Part shown: positions 41,931-52,911 of the stretch, piece after piece
Layout of the letters: each line of letters opens with the position of its first letter
Position numbering within the stretch: position 1 is the first letter of the stretch
NCBI RefSeq assembly: GCF_963921235.1
Contig: NC_086108.1
Span: 14,322,001-14,386,000, forward strand
Origin: Mobula hypostoma
Lineage: Eukaryota
Length of the DNA stretch: 64,000 nucleotides
Reading direction: 5' to 3'
Translations under genes and position numbers: made by a program
Notes under the pieces: generated by a model
Told to the model about the DNA's origin: nothing
Databases searched by the model: none
Seen by the model: the letters and a program-made list of their open reading frames with translations, nothing else

Positions 41931-43753
41931 ACTGTTTTGAAAAGGAGTAGTGGTTCTTGCCCTCCCATTGTGGTCAACGTTCATTCATCAGTCAATGTAG
42001 ATTTTCCTCAGTTTTGCAGTTAATAGCATGACAATTGTGAGCTCAAGAACTTAGTGTTTGGTTTTACACCATTATGCTAGCAAATGCCAATAATTTTGTG
42101 GTGATTACACATGGTGATTGTGCAATTGCTGCCTGTTAAAATGTCTATGTGCAAATTGGCTATATGGCGCCAACAATGTACTCTTGTCTGCTGTCAGTAA
42201 AACACTTTATCAGCTCTAGGAAGCTTTGGGAAGCCAGTTGTAATTATGTTTCATTCTGTATGAAAATCATCTGATCTCCTTGAATCAATGTACCAGGAAA
42301 ATTACCCCCAGCTGCTTGACTATATAATATTTTATTAATATTCATAAAATATTTGAGTCTCACTCTCAGTTTGGTTAATATATAAGTCTCACTATTTACT
42401 CTTTCAAATGACAATAATAAAAAGTAGTATAAATAGCAATAAAATAAGACTGGCAGTATGCAGTGCCAGTGCATTTTGCGGGCAGCTCACAGAGAAAGTA
42501 CTAGATGTACTGTACATCCTTTTGCAGCCTGTAATTTCCCTTTAAGAAATGCACTCTTGAACTGTCTTAGTTCTGAATGAGTCTGAAGGACTTGCCAAGC
42601 TTTAGTCTCTGAAATGCAGTTGTGGCACCTGGAAGCGAGCAGGTGTCTGTCAGCGACTCAAGAAACAAGGACACCAGAGGGGTCCTCAGGCCAGAGTGAA
42701 GCAGTGGGGGAAACGACCCTCACTCTCTAGCATCCTCCTGGCCAATATGCAGTCATTGGAAAGCAAAATAGAGCACATAAGGGCAAGATTGCTATATCAT
42801 CAGGTTTCTCAGTGGTCCATGAAACCGTGAATGTTATCTCACCATTTTGCTCTTTTTTTGCTCTACTTGTTTATTTTTTGTATGCAATTTATTTCTTCTT
42901 GTAACTAACAATGTATTTGATGTATACACATATTGCTGTTATAAAGCAACAGATTTTACAATATATGTCAGTGATAAAAAAAAAAGCCTGATTCTGATTC
43001 TTGCCAGAGACTTCATTCTGGCTACTTTGAAGAAATATCTGAGCAACTCACACAAAATGCTGGAGGAACTCAGCAGGCCAGGCAGCATCTATGGAAAAGA
43101 GTGCTGTCAACATTTTGGGCCAAGACCCTTCAACAGGACCCTTCCTGAAACATTGACTGTATTGGATTTCCAGCATCTACAGATTTTCTCTCGTTTGTGG
43201 TTGAAGAAATATCGGTTCAATTACCATCCGCGCGTGACCTAGAGTACCAGAGGCCACTGCTACACTATCATCAAGAATGCCACTATTCCATCCTCCGACT
43301 GCGTTTCAGGAAATCTGACTAATTAGCTGTTTTCCTCCTACCTGTATATAAGCAGAGACCAAAGGGCAAGGCACCAGACATAAAGACAACAAAGAGGTGT
43401 CATGAAAGGCAGAGAAGTGTCTTTGAGTCGTGGACTTATCCATGTTCAAGCACTCATCAGGGGACCTGAATGACAAGCATGGTTGTCCCCAGAAAATCAT
43501 TCAAAATCTTCCCCAAAAAGAAATCCTGGATGTCCTAAGAGATTTAAAATTTGCTGAAGGCTAGATCTGTGGCGTTCAGATCTGGGAAGTCCAGGAAAGT
43601 ACAAGTGGTCCAAGTATGACTTCTGGAAGGCCACCTCACATGCAAAGGGGCAATTTCAAACTAATATAGAATCACAGAGAGATGTTGGACAGCTGTGGCA
43701 GAGCTTGAACGGCATCACCTCACACAAAGCAAAACCAAGCAGCACTAAGTTCA

Positions 43754-44738
43754 CACCTCAAAGTTGCTGGTGAACGCAGCAGGCCAGGCAGCATCTCTGG
43801 GAAGAGGTACAGTCGCCGTTTCAGGCCGAGACCCTTCATCAGGACTAACTGAAGGAAGAGCTAGTAAGAGATTTGAAAGTGGGAGGGGGGGAGGAGATCT
43901 GAAGTGATAGGAGAAGACAGGAGGGGGAGGGATGGAGCCAAGAGCTGGACAGGTGATAGGCAAAAGGGATACAAGAGGATCATGGGACAGGAGGCCCAGG
44001 GAAAGGGAAAAGGGGGAGGGGGGAAAACCCAGAGGATGGGCAAGGAGTATAGTCGGAGGGACAGAGGGAGAAAAAGGAGAGAGAGAGAGAAAGAATGTTT
44101 CTATATAAATAAATAACAGATGGGGTACGAGGGGGAGGTGGGGCATTAGCGGAAGTTAGAGAAGTCAATGTTCATGCCATCAGGTTGGAGGCTACCCAGA
44201 CGGAATATAAGGTGTTGTTCCTCCAACCTGAGTGTGGCTTCATCTTTATAGTAGAGGAGGCCGTGGATAGACATAGCAGAATGGGAATGGGATGTGGAAT
44301 TAAAATGTGTGGCCACTGGGAGATCCTGCTTTCAGCAAAACGATCTCCCAGTCTTACGCAGATTCTCTCTCTTTCTCCTTTTTCTCCCTCTGTCCCTCTG
44401 ACTATACCCTTTGCCCATCCCCTGGGTTTTTCCCCCCTCTCCCTTTTCCTTCTCCCTGGGCCTCCTGTCCCATGATCCTCTCATATCCCTTTTGCCAATC
44501 ACCTGTCCAGCTCTTGGCTCCATCCCTCCCCCTCCTGTCTTCTCCTGTCATTTTGGATCTCCCCCCCCCCCACTTTCAAATCTTTTACTAGCTCTTCCTT
44601 CAGTTAGTCCTGACGAAGGGTCTCGGCCCGAAACGTCGACTGTACCTCTTCCTAGAGATGCTGCCTGGCCTGCTGTGCTAACCAGCAACTTTGATGTGTG
44701 TTGCTTGAATTTCCAGCATCTGCAGAATTCCTCGTGTT
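43754..44738. mobile_element. Penelope-like insertion made of two inverted pLTR arms
   Basis: Minus arm 43754-~44360 and plus arm ~44361-44738; 13-bp TSD AGCACTAAGTTCA (43741-43753, 44739-44751). Confidence 0.88.
44606..44641 (+). ncRNA. Type I hammerhead ribozyme motif (best-preserved internal copy)
   Basis: Stem I AGTC/GACT, core CTGACGA, stem II GGG/CCC, GAAA, palindromic ACGT stem III and GTC cleavage triplet. Confidence 0.75.
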
Positions 44739-45169
44739 AGCACTAAGTTCAGCAAGGTTTCACTCCCAGATAAGCTCAATGCCTTTTATGCTTGCTTTGG
44801 CGAACAGAAGGTGGAGGCTCTTTCACAAACCCCCACTGCTTGTGACGACCCTGTGAAACGGAGACACCTCTTTCTCCCTTAATAGGGAGAGAGAGAGCCT
44901 GTGGTATGTTGAATGCTGGGTGAACAATGTAGTCTTTGGAGTACTGCAAGTCTGTGTCTTTGCTCACGCTTGAGTGCTTGGTGGCGGGTGCTGATGCTTT
45001 TTTTTGTTGGGGAGAGTGGGGGGGATTGTTGCTTGCTGCCTCTTACACGCGGGAAGGAGGGGAGCTGGGGGGGGACTTTGGGGTTCTAACATCTAACTGT
45101 CATTCATTCTTTGGAGGCACTCCTCTGTTTTGATGGATGGTTGTGAAGAAAAAGCATTTCAGGATGTAT

Positions 45170-45432
45170 TTTACGCAAACAACAGGAATTCTGCAGATGC
45201 TGGAAATTCAAACAACACACATCAAAGTTGCTGATGAACGCAGCAGGCCAGGCAGCATCTCTAGGAAGAAGTACAGTCGACGTTTCAGGCCGAGACCCTT
45301 CGTCAGGACTCTCTTACTAGCTCTTCCTTCAGTTAGTCCTGACAAAGGGTCTCGGCCTGAAACGTCGACTGTACTTCTTCCTAGAGATGCTGCCTGGCCT
45401 GCTGCGTTCAGCAGCAACTTTGATGTGTGTTG
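45170..45432. mobile_element. Minimal fold-back Penelope-like insertion
   Basis: Two inverted pLTR ends, each with a hammerhead motif (45275-45310 minus, 45335-45370 plus); TSD TCAGGATGTAT (45159, 45433). Confidence 0.85.
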
Positions 45433-45484
45433 TCAGGATGTATATTGTATACATTTCTCTGACATTAAATCTACCTTTGAAACC

Positions 45485-46220
45485 TCGGTCTCTGAGGCCA
45501 GCGTGAGAGCATCTTTCAAGTGGGTAAATCTATGGAAAGCATCTGGCCCATACAGCGTCCTAGCTGAGTACTGAACACCCGTGCTAATCAACTGGCTGGA
45601 GTGTTTATGGACATCCTCAGCCTCTTGCTTTGGCAGTCTGAGGCATCCTTCTACTTCAAGCAGACTTCAAGTATACCTGTGCCCAGGAAGATTCTAGTAA
45701 TCTGCCTCAATGGTTGTATCCAGTAGCACTTAAGTCTACTATGATGAAGTGCTTTGAGAGGTTGATTAAGCGTATTAATTTCTACCTGAGAAGTGACTTG
45801 GATCCGCTCCAATTTGCCTACTGTCATAATAGGTCCACAGCAGATACCATGTTATTGACTTCACTCAGTTTCAGAACACCTGGACATTGAAGATGTATAC
45901 AGTAAGATGCTCTTCATTGACTACAGATCAACATTCAGCACTATCATCCTCTCAAAATTCATCACTAAGCTCCAAGACATTGGCTTCAACACCTTCCCCC
46001 ATGCAACTGGATCTTCTATTTATTCACTGGCAAACCACAGACTGGCAACATCTCTCCTCCGATCATCATCAACACAGGTGCACCCCAAGGCTATCCGCTT
46101 AGCCTCCTGCTTTGCTAACTTTATACCTAATGTGTGACTAAGTGCAGCTTGAATGCTGTATTTAAGGTTGCTGATAACACTTGGCCAAACCAAAACGAAT
46201 AGGTGACGAATTGACTTATG
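45485..46220 (+). mobile_element. Rex1/Babar-like LINE RT fragment, left half of the ERV target
   Basis: LDPLQFAYCHNRSTAD and MLFIDYRSTFSTII motifs; ends at GGTGACGAATTGACTTAT at the LTR edge. Confidence 0.75.
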
Positions 46221-46223
46221 GTG

Positions 46224-46656
46224 TGTTGTTCGCAGGTTCAATGAGTGGAGACAGAAGAGACTCACTACCGGTAAGTAGGTTAACTATTTATTTACAAGAC
46301 ACAACAGACACTAAACATTAAAGCTGAACTCGGTTACAGATACTGAATGCCCGAAGTAGCAGGACAAAACGGACACTAAACGTACATACACACTGCGAAT
46401 ACTTATTTAAAGTGTGTGCCCAGGCCCTCTCCACTGCAGCAAACCAACCACTGTCTACCGTTTCAGCAGCACCCTCATTTACTTGGTCCATGGTGAACCG
46501 AGAGGAATAGAAACAACATGGTTACCACACACGAGATTTAAACCCTATTGGTGCTGTGAAATCATCAGCTAACTGGAAGCTAGTGGGAAGGGCTGAAGTG
46601 CTCCTTACATGGACCAATCCCCACTTTCAATGAACAGCTAAATTAAAGTCACAACA
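46224..46656 (-). mobile_element. 3' LTR of the same ERV
   Basis: TGTTG...CAACA termini. The reverse complement shares blocks with 51332-51801 (GTAAATAAATAGTTAAC, TTTTGTCCTGCTACTTCG, CCCACTAGCTTCCA) and abuts env. Confidence 0.8.
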
Positions 46657-47640
46657 TGCTCAGCCTGTAGGCTAATATAACCCCCATAGACACCCCACTA
46701 TACTACACATGAAACATAACACAATACTACCCAGAATTATCAGTCCACCAGTTACTACGCAGTGTTTTACGGTAACCTACCAAAGGACCACTGCCTTTCC
46801 CCCAGGGTACAGTAGTTACAGAGCTAGCCCTCCACAAGTGACTTATTTACTGACTGCTGGATACAATCAGCTATGTGTGTAATGTTCACCGTCTTTGTCA
46901 GGGTTGTAGATGCAGCCCTTCTGACCAGTCACAGCACAGGTGCCACCTTTCTCTGCGAGCAGGTGGTCCAAGGCCACCTGGTTTTGTAAGACCACCATCC
47001 AAAACAACCGTCTTCTCAGTGCATCCATCACAGAGGCCATGCATATCAGTTCCCAGGACAGCCTGGCCCAGGCACAACATATCTAGTTTAGAGTCCTGGA
47101 AGTGCCCACCTTCATGTCACCATTCGGTGTTGACGCAGTCATCCCAGAATACTGGTCCTGTTCATACTCACTGTGCCCAACTGATTGGTTGGCCCTGTGG
47201 TCATCATACCCCTTGCACTAGCACTCCTTCCCCTTCCCTGTTGGCAGAGCGTCATTCTCCAAATCGGGACCTTGGGATTAGACAATTAGACAGCCCTTAA
47301 TTCACTTACTCCACCAGGGTTACTGAAACCTCAGTTATTTAGGGCTATTCCCTGTGGGGCGAGGTTGACTGAAATGGACTGCTTCTTCCTGGTTTCCCCC
47401 AAGACAGAATGGCAAAGCTGGGGAAGCTGGACAAGTTTCTCCAGCTGTTCTGTTCTTCGTCATTAAAGGAGATCAGTACTAGCCTTCTGCAGCGTGTGAT
47501 AGTACCTTCATGCAGACTTAACAGTCTGAAGTTTAAGTGTGGTTTGTATTCTCATACGCCATCCATAGGAATGTTGATAGGATCTCCCTCTGACCACCAT
47601 CGTTACCACTCCTGTAAGCATCCATCACTTTGCCTTTCAC
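46657..47640 (-). pseudogene. env: Retroviral env remnant with gamma-type TM subunit
   Basis: The minus strand at 46897-47007 reads VLQNQVALDHLLAEKGGTCAVTGQKGCIYNPD (immunosuppressive domain plus degenerate CX6CC). It is followed by a hydrophobic anchor VVTGGLIILGSIVLCFMCSI (~46700-46760). Confidence 0.85.
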
Positions 47641-47643
47641 AAG

Positions 47644-48715
47644 ATCACAAGACAAAGGAGCAGAAGTAGGCCATTCGGCCCATCGAGTCTGCTCCGCCAC
47701 TCCCCCATGAGCTAAACTATTCTCCCATCTAGTTCCAATTTCCGGCTTTTTCCTCATATCCCTTGATACACTGACTAATTAGATACCTATCAACCTCCTC
47801 CTTAAACACCCTTAGTGATCGGACCTCCACAGCTGTATGTGTTAACGAATTCCATAAATCCACGACCCTCTGGCTAAAAAAATTTCTCCTCATCTCTGTT
47901 TTAAATTGGTACCCTCTAATTCTAAGACTGTGGCCTCTTGTCCTGGACTCACCCACCAAAGGAAACAGCCTTTCCACATCTACTCTGTCCAACCCTTTCA
48001 ACATTCGAAATGTTTCTATGAGATCCCCTCTCATTCTTCTATACTCTAATGAATACAGTCCAAGAGCCAACAAACGCTCCTCATATGTTAGCCTCTGCAT
48101 TCCAGGAATCATCCTTGTAAATCTTCTCTGAACTCTCTCGAACATCAGAACATCCCTTCTAAGATAAGGGGCCCAAAACTGCACACAGTATTCCAGATGA
48201 GATCTCACCAGTGCCCCATAGAGCCACATCAACACCTCCTTACTCTTATATGCTATTCTTCTTGAAATGAATGCCAACATAGCATTCGCTTTCCTTACTG
48301 CCGATCCAACCTGGTGGTTAACCTTTAGGGTTTCCTGCACGAGGACCCCCAAGTCCATTTGCACTTCCGATTTTTGAATTTTCTCCCCATTTAAATAACA
48401 ATCTGCCTGATTATTTCTTCTTTCAAAATGTACAACAATATATTTCTCAACATTGTATCTCATCTGCCATTTCTTTGCCCACTCTCCTAAACTGACCAAG
48501 TCTCTCTGCAACCTTTCCGTTTCTTCAACACTTCCTGCTCCTCCACCTATCTTGGTGTCATCCGCAAATTTAGCCACAAGACCATTTAATCCATAATCTA
48601 AATCATCGATATACATTGTAAAAAGAAGCAGCCCCAACACCGACCCCTGCGAACACCACTAGTAACCGACAACCAAACAGAATAGGATCCCTTTATTCCC
48701 ATCCTTTGATTTCTG
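47644..48715 (-). mobile_element. 5'-truncated CR1-type LINE inserted inside the ERV
   Basis: 303-aa ORF 47729-48640 with KFADDTK, HLEYCVQFWAP and RMRGDLIE motifs; CR1 3' tail. Confidence 0.9.
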
Positions 48716-48719
48716 CATT

Positions 48720-49110
48720 TCTGTAATGCAGGAAGACACAAACTCACTCCCTCCTGGTTAGCTGCAGGGTATTTTGACAGACTATCCCCTGTTGCCCCAG
48801 TAACACCACCCATCCTGTATTCCCCGGTCTCTGCGTGCTACAACCTACTTGAGCCCTGGTGGCCCCCCCCACCCCCACCCCCGGGCTGCTGGCCGGGAGT
48901 TCACTTTGTCTGCTGTCTGTAACAGCACACTCCTCACCCCTGAAGGGTGTGGGTGGGAGTCAATTACTTAATCAGCTGTTTCTGCAGCCTGTCCTTCGCT
49001 TGGTCAGCCCTTCGGCTTCTGTGTGGTTGGGGATGTGGAGCAGCCACAGAGTGCCAAACATATTATCCATGTCCATGTTTCCCTTCCTGCAGACCCTTTG
49101 CAAGTAACTG
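48720..49110 (-). pseudogene. pol: ERV integrase fragment (no protease or RT seen)
   Basis: GTLWLLHIPNHTEAEGLTKRRTG resembles the ERV-L integrase segment GIHWSYHVPHHPEAAGLIERWNG. Confidence 0.65.
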
Positions 49111-49240
49111 AAAAACATAGAACAAACAATTAATTTCCACAGTGGAAAACTTAAGCACATTTACCAAAGAACAAAGGGACTTAATTCATTCACTCAGCCA
49201 TGAAGTGTAGCCCTCTTAAAATATAAGAGCTCCTGCAAAT

Positions 49241-49620
49241 TCATTTCAGTGAAGGATAAAGGGAATCCTGTGGAGGACAGAAGGCGCCCTTATTGGTAGA
49301 GGGCTTGAAGAATGACCCTTCCCACTTAGTGGCCTCCTGACCTCTCTTCTCTGGGCAGTGTTCCCTCCAGATGGCACAGAGGGTGGGAGTGGGAACACAA
49401 TTTACTTGCTCCTTTGGGAACCTGGCTCTGAGCAATGCCAGATACAGTTCTTCACGAGTCATGCGAGGCCCTCCATTCCAAGGCAATCGACTACGGGGAC
49501 CCTCCCCCATCTACTCTAATTCCTCCAATAATCAGATGGCAGCATCTGTCTATCGCTTGTCCCAAGAAGGGCAGCACCATTCCCTTTAGATCGTGTGCTG
49601 CCACTTTAACTAAATAAGGG
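49241..49620 (-). pseudogene. gag: ERV-L-like gag, C-terminal part
   Basis: YLVKVAAHDLKGMVLPFLG and MTREELYLALLRARFPKEQVNCVPTPTLCAIWRE resemble ERV-L FVRGAPASLKSSV and LTRxELWHWLINHGVPRSEIDRKPTAFLLxLY. Confidence 0.7.
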
Positions 49621-49785
49621 TGGTGCTGTAGGTTGTGCACAACGTTTACAGTACAGGCGACCCGGGTTCAATTCCTGTCACTGATGGTTGGTAGATAAAT
49701 TGGTCATTGTCAACTGTCCTGTGATAAGGCTTGGATTAAAATGAGGGATTGCTGGGCAGCGTGACTCGAAATGGTTGAAGTTAAC
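49618..49785 (+). mobile_element. Decayed tRNA-derived SINE at the inversion breakpoint
   Basis: B-box-like GGGTTCAATTCC with a SINE-like body (TAAATTGGTCATTG) similar to 19020-19260. Confidence 0.5.
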
Positions 49786-49952
49786 CTATGATCCTCTGGT
49801 GGAGAAGTCACTGTTATGATAGATCAGTAGCAAGAGCCAAGAAGGTATGGCCAGGGGAGGCGCAGGAACGCTTACAGGACTACTTTGAGTCAGAAGGCTG
49901 GAGTCAATGGCTCTCACACGGCCTTAGATCGCCTGAACGATACAAATATTTA

Positions 49953-50550
49953 CATAGAAAACATAGAAACATAGAAAATAGGTGCAGGAGTAGGCTATTC
50001 GGCCCTTCGAGCCTGCACCGCCATTCGGTATGATCATGGCTGATCATTCAACTCAGAACCCTGCACCAGCCTTCCCTCCATACCCCCTGATCCCTTTAGC
50101 CACAAGGGCCATATCTAACTCCCTCTTAAGTATAGCCAATGAACTGGCCTCAACTGTTTCCTGTGGCAGAGAATTCCACAGATTCACCACTCTCTGTGTG
50201 AAGAAGTTTTTCCTAATCTTGGTCCTAAAAGGCTTCCCCTTTATCCTCAAACTGTAACCCCTCGTTCTGGACTTCCCCAACATCGGGAACAATCTTCCTG
50301 CATCTAGCCTGTCCAATCCCTTTGGGATTTTATATGTTTCAATTAGATCCCCCCTCAATCTTCTAAATTCCAACGAGTATAAGCCTAGTTCATCCAGTCT
50401 TTCATCATATGAAAGTCCTGCCATCCCAGGAATCAATCTGGTGAACCTTCTTTGAACTCCCTCTATGGCAAGGATGTCTTTCCTCAGAGGACCAAAACTG
50501 CACACAATACTCCAGGTGTGGTCTCACCAAGCCCTCGTACAACTGCAGTA
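49953..50550 (-). mobile_element. CR1-type LINE 3' fragment
   Basis: ORF 50053-50505 with RRLRGDLIE and FFTQRVV motifs; (TTTCTATG)n-type tail. Confidence 0.9.
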
Positions 50551-50559
50551 ATACTGGAG

Positions 50560-51331
50560 TGTCTATGTTACCATATACTACCTTGAGATTAATTTTTGTG
50601 CGGCATTTACAGGAAGAATAATTTACAGGAACAATATAATTTAGGAAAACTATACATAAACAAAGACTGACAAACAAAAAATATAAAAGGACAAACTATG
50701 CAAATAAAACATAATACTGGCGACAGGAGTTGTAATACTGAGAACGTAAGTTGTAAAGGGTCCCTGAAAGTGGGAGTGTAGGCTGTAGAGTTGTGGTCAA
50801 TAAAGTTATCCATGCCAGGTCAGGAGCCTGATGATCGTAAGGTAATAACTGTTCCTGAGCCTGGTGTTGTGGGACCTAAAGCTCCTGTACCTCCTGCCCA
50901 ATGGCAGTAGCGAGAAGTGAAGATAGACTTGATGGTGGAGATTTTTAAAGATGGACGCTGCTTTCTTGTGGCAGCACTCCATATAAGTGTATTCTGTGGT
51001 GAAGAGGGCTTTGCCCGTGATGGACTGGGCAGTGGTACCAAGCTGTGATGCAACCAGTCAGGATACTGTCCACTGTGTATTTATAGAAATATATCAAAGT
51101 TTTTGGTGACATTCCAAAGTTTATGCAAACTTCCAAGAAAACTGAAGTGTAGCCGCGCCTTCTTTGCATGTACTGGTCCCAGAACAGATTCTTTGATATG
51201 TTAATGCCAAGGAATTTAAGCTACTGACCCTCTCGTAGACTTCCAGCTTCTTTCTCCTTTAGTCGATTACTAACCCATTGGTTTTGCTGATGCTGATTGA
51301 GAGATTGTTGCATATTTTTAGTCTCCCTCCT
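50560..51331 (-). mobile_element. Rex1/Babar-like LINE 3' part, right half of the ERV target, inverted
   Basis: FGMSPKTLIYFYKYTVDSILTGCITAWY. The reverse complement starts AGGAGGGAGACTAAAAAT, continuing the sequence seen uninterrupted at 62140-62180. Confidence 0.75.
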
Positions 51332-51801
51332 TGTTACAATATGTGTCTTACCTTACCTGCTCATCGAAAACCGCTGTCCCTTGGGAGGTGAGGACTGGTC
51401 TGTGTCAGGAGCATTGCCTCCCCTCCCACTAGCTTCCATTTAGCTCACAGTGTCAGTAGGGTTTATATCTAGTGTGCAGTAACCAAGCGGGCTCCTTTCT
51501 ACTCGAGTTGCCGAGGACCAGGTAGACGAGGGTGCCATGGAAACACTGGATAGTGGAGGTGTGCTGCAGTGCAGATGGCCCAGGCGTACACTCTAAATAA
51601 GTATTTGCCACTGTGTTTACATTTAGTGTCTGTTTTGTCCTGCTACTTCGTGCACACAGCTTAGGTAAGTATCTGCAACCAAGTTTAGCTTGAAACGTTT
51701 AGTGTCTATCTTGTCCTGTAAATAAATAGTTAACTTACTTACTGGTAGTAAGTTTCTTCTGTCCCCACCCACCCAGCCGACAAGCGTGGTTTCTCACAAC
51801 A
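51332..51801 (+). mobile_element. 5' LTR of a class III-like endogenous retrovirus
   Basis: TGTT...AACA termini, TATA-like TTTATAT (51462), AATAAA (51721) and a PBS immediately downstream. Homologous in reverse complement to 46224-46656. Confidence 0.85.
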
Positions 51802-51803
51802 AT

Positions 51804-51824
51804 TCGCGCTGCAAGCAGGGTTCG
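51804..51824 (+). promoter_or_regulatory. Primer binding site complementary to the tRNA-Ser 3' end
   Basis: TCGCGCTGCAAGCAGGGTTCG lies 2 nt after the LTR end and matches TGGCGCAGCGAGCAGGGTTCG (complement of the recalled vertebrate tRNA-Ser(UGA) 3' end plus CCA) at 18/21 positions. Confidence 0.75.
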
Positions 51825-51899
51825 GTGTTTGAACAGAACGTAAGTATCTTTGGAAGGAAAACTTAGAGAGAGAACCCCTGGTAAGAGGAGAGCTGAGTT

Positions 51900-52905
51900 C
51901 TTGGATGGACCAATGATGGTGGGGGATTTGGGAGTCACCTACCCATTGGCAGACTATAGGATGCCCATAGATGGTCTAAGGGGTGAAAATCGAACACCAC
52001 ATCATGTCTGTACATAATAAGCCAGGGTTCCCCAAGAGGCAGGGGAGCCGGAGGGATGCCTTCTCACTGCTGTACTGTGGCAGCAGCAGGAGATAATCTC
52101 ACAAAAGGAGAAAAAAGTAGATAGTTTGAAGAAGGCAATGGAATCAATAAACCAGCAATGTGTGACCACAGGAGAGGTCCCTGGGCAGTGCAGACCCGGG
52201 CCAGGGAGTTAGAAGGTAAGAGCCTAGAGGTGGCCTGTTGGCTAGTGAAGGTGCAACAGTTAGAGGGTATTCGAAGGTCTAATTTGCATCTGGACCTCAT
52301 TAAGGTGCAAGAGCTGATGTTGCCAGGAGCAAAACCCAACACGTGGATGAAGGACGGGAACATTTAGTTAGATGGTAAGGATGGGAAGAGAGTCTTGGGG
52401 ATCCTCCTCTGAGTGAGTGCCCTTCCCCATTTGCATTACAGGCCAGATCGGTCACCACACAGTCCCAGACCAGGTAGGGGGCTGCCAGATTTTAGTCCCT
52501 CCAGCTTCTATGGAACAGGATGAGGAAGAGCAGCAGACTGGGAGAGAAGGATCTGGGGAGGATAACACCGTGGGTCTCACTGAGATGACTACCATCTGAG
52601 TGTTCTCCGCTAAGGAACTGGGAAAGCTGGGAGACAGGTATGGGCAGAAGTTAGGGAAGCCTGTGCCCTGCTGGGCTGCACGGAGTGTTGGAATGGGCCT
52701 ATCCCAGGGGGCCTGTCGGCCCACCGGACGATCAACAATGCCGAGAGTGCCACCCGCTTCCCATGGGGTTGAGGAATCTCTAGGAGGTGGAGTGATAGTA
52801 GTGGTTATGGTCAGGCATCCCTCACTGTTCGAATGGGATTTGCAGCTCTGGGTGGAGTGGAGCCCAGTGGAGGAAGGGAACAGGCCCTTTAGCAGTGGGG
52901 TCTAG
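51900..52905 (+). pseudogene. gag: ERV-L-like gag, N-terminal part, decayed
   Basis: LIKVQELMLPGAKPNTWMKDGNI* resembles ERV-L KVRALIGKEWDPxTWxGDVW, and FSAKELGKLGDRYGQK resembles YTPKELLEFSNLYKQK. Contains stops and frameshifts. Confidence 0.7.
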
Positions 52906-52911
52906 TCACAA

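Noticed and set aside
9530..44740. Recurrent peptide SPDEGSRPETSTVPLPRDAAWPA as a conserved protein family
   Set aside because: It is a translation of the non-coding Penelope pLTR and hammerhead motif.
46224..51801. Large DNA transposon or DIRS element with long inverted terminal repeats
   Set aside because: The repeats are retroviral LTRs with a PBS and env; their inverted orientation is explained by a secondary inversion.
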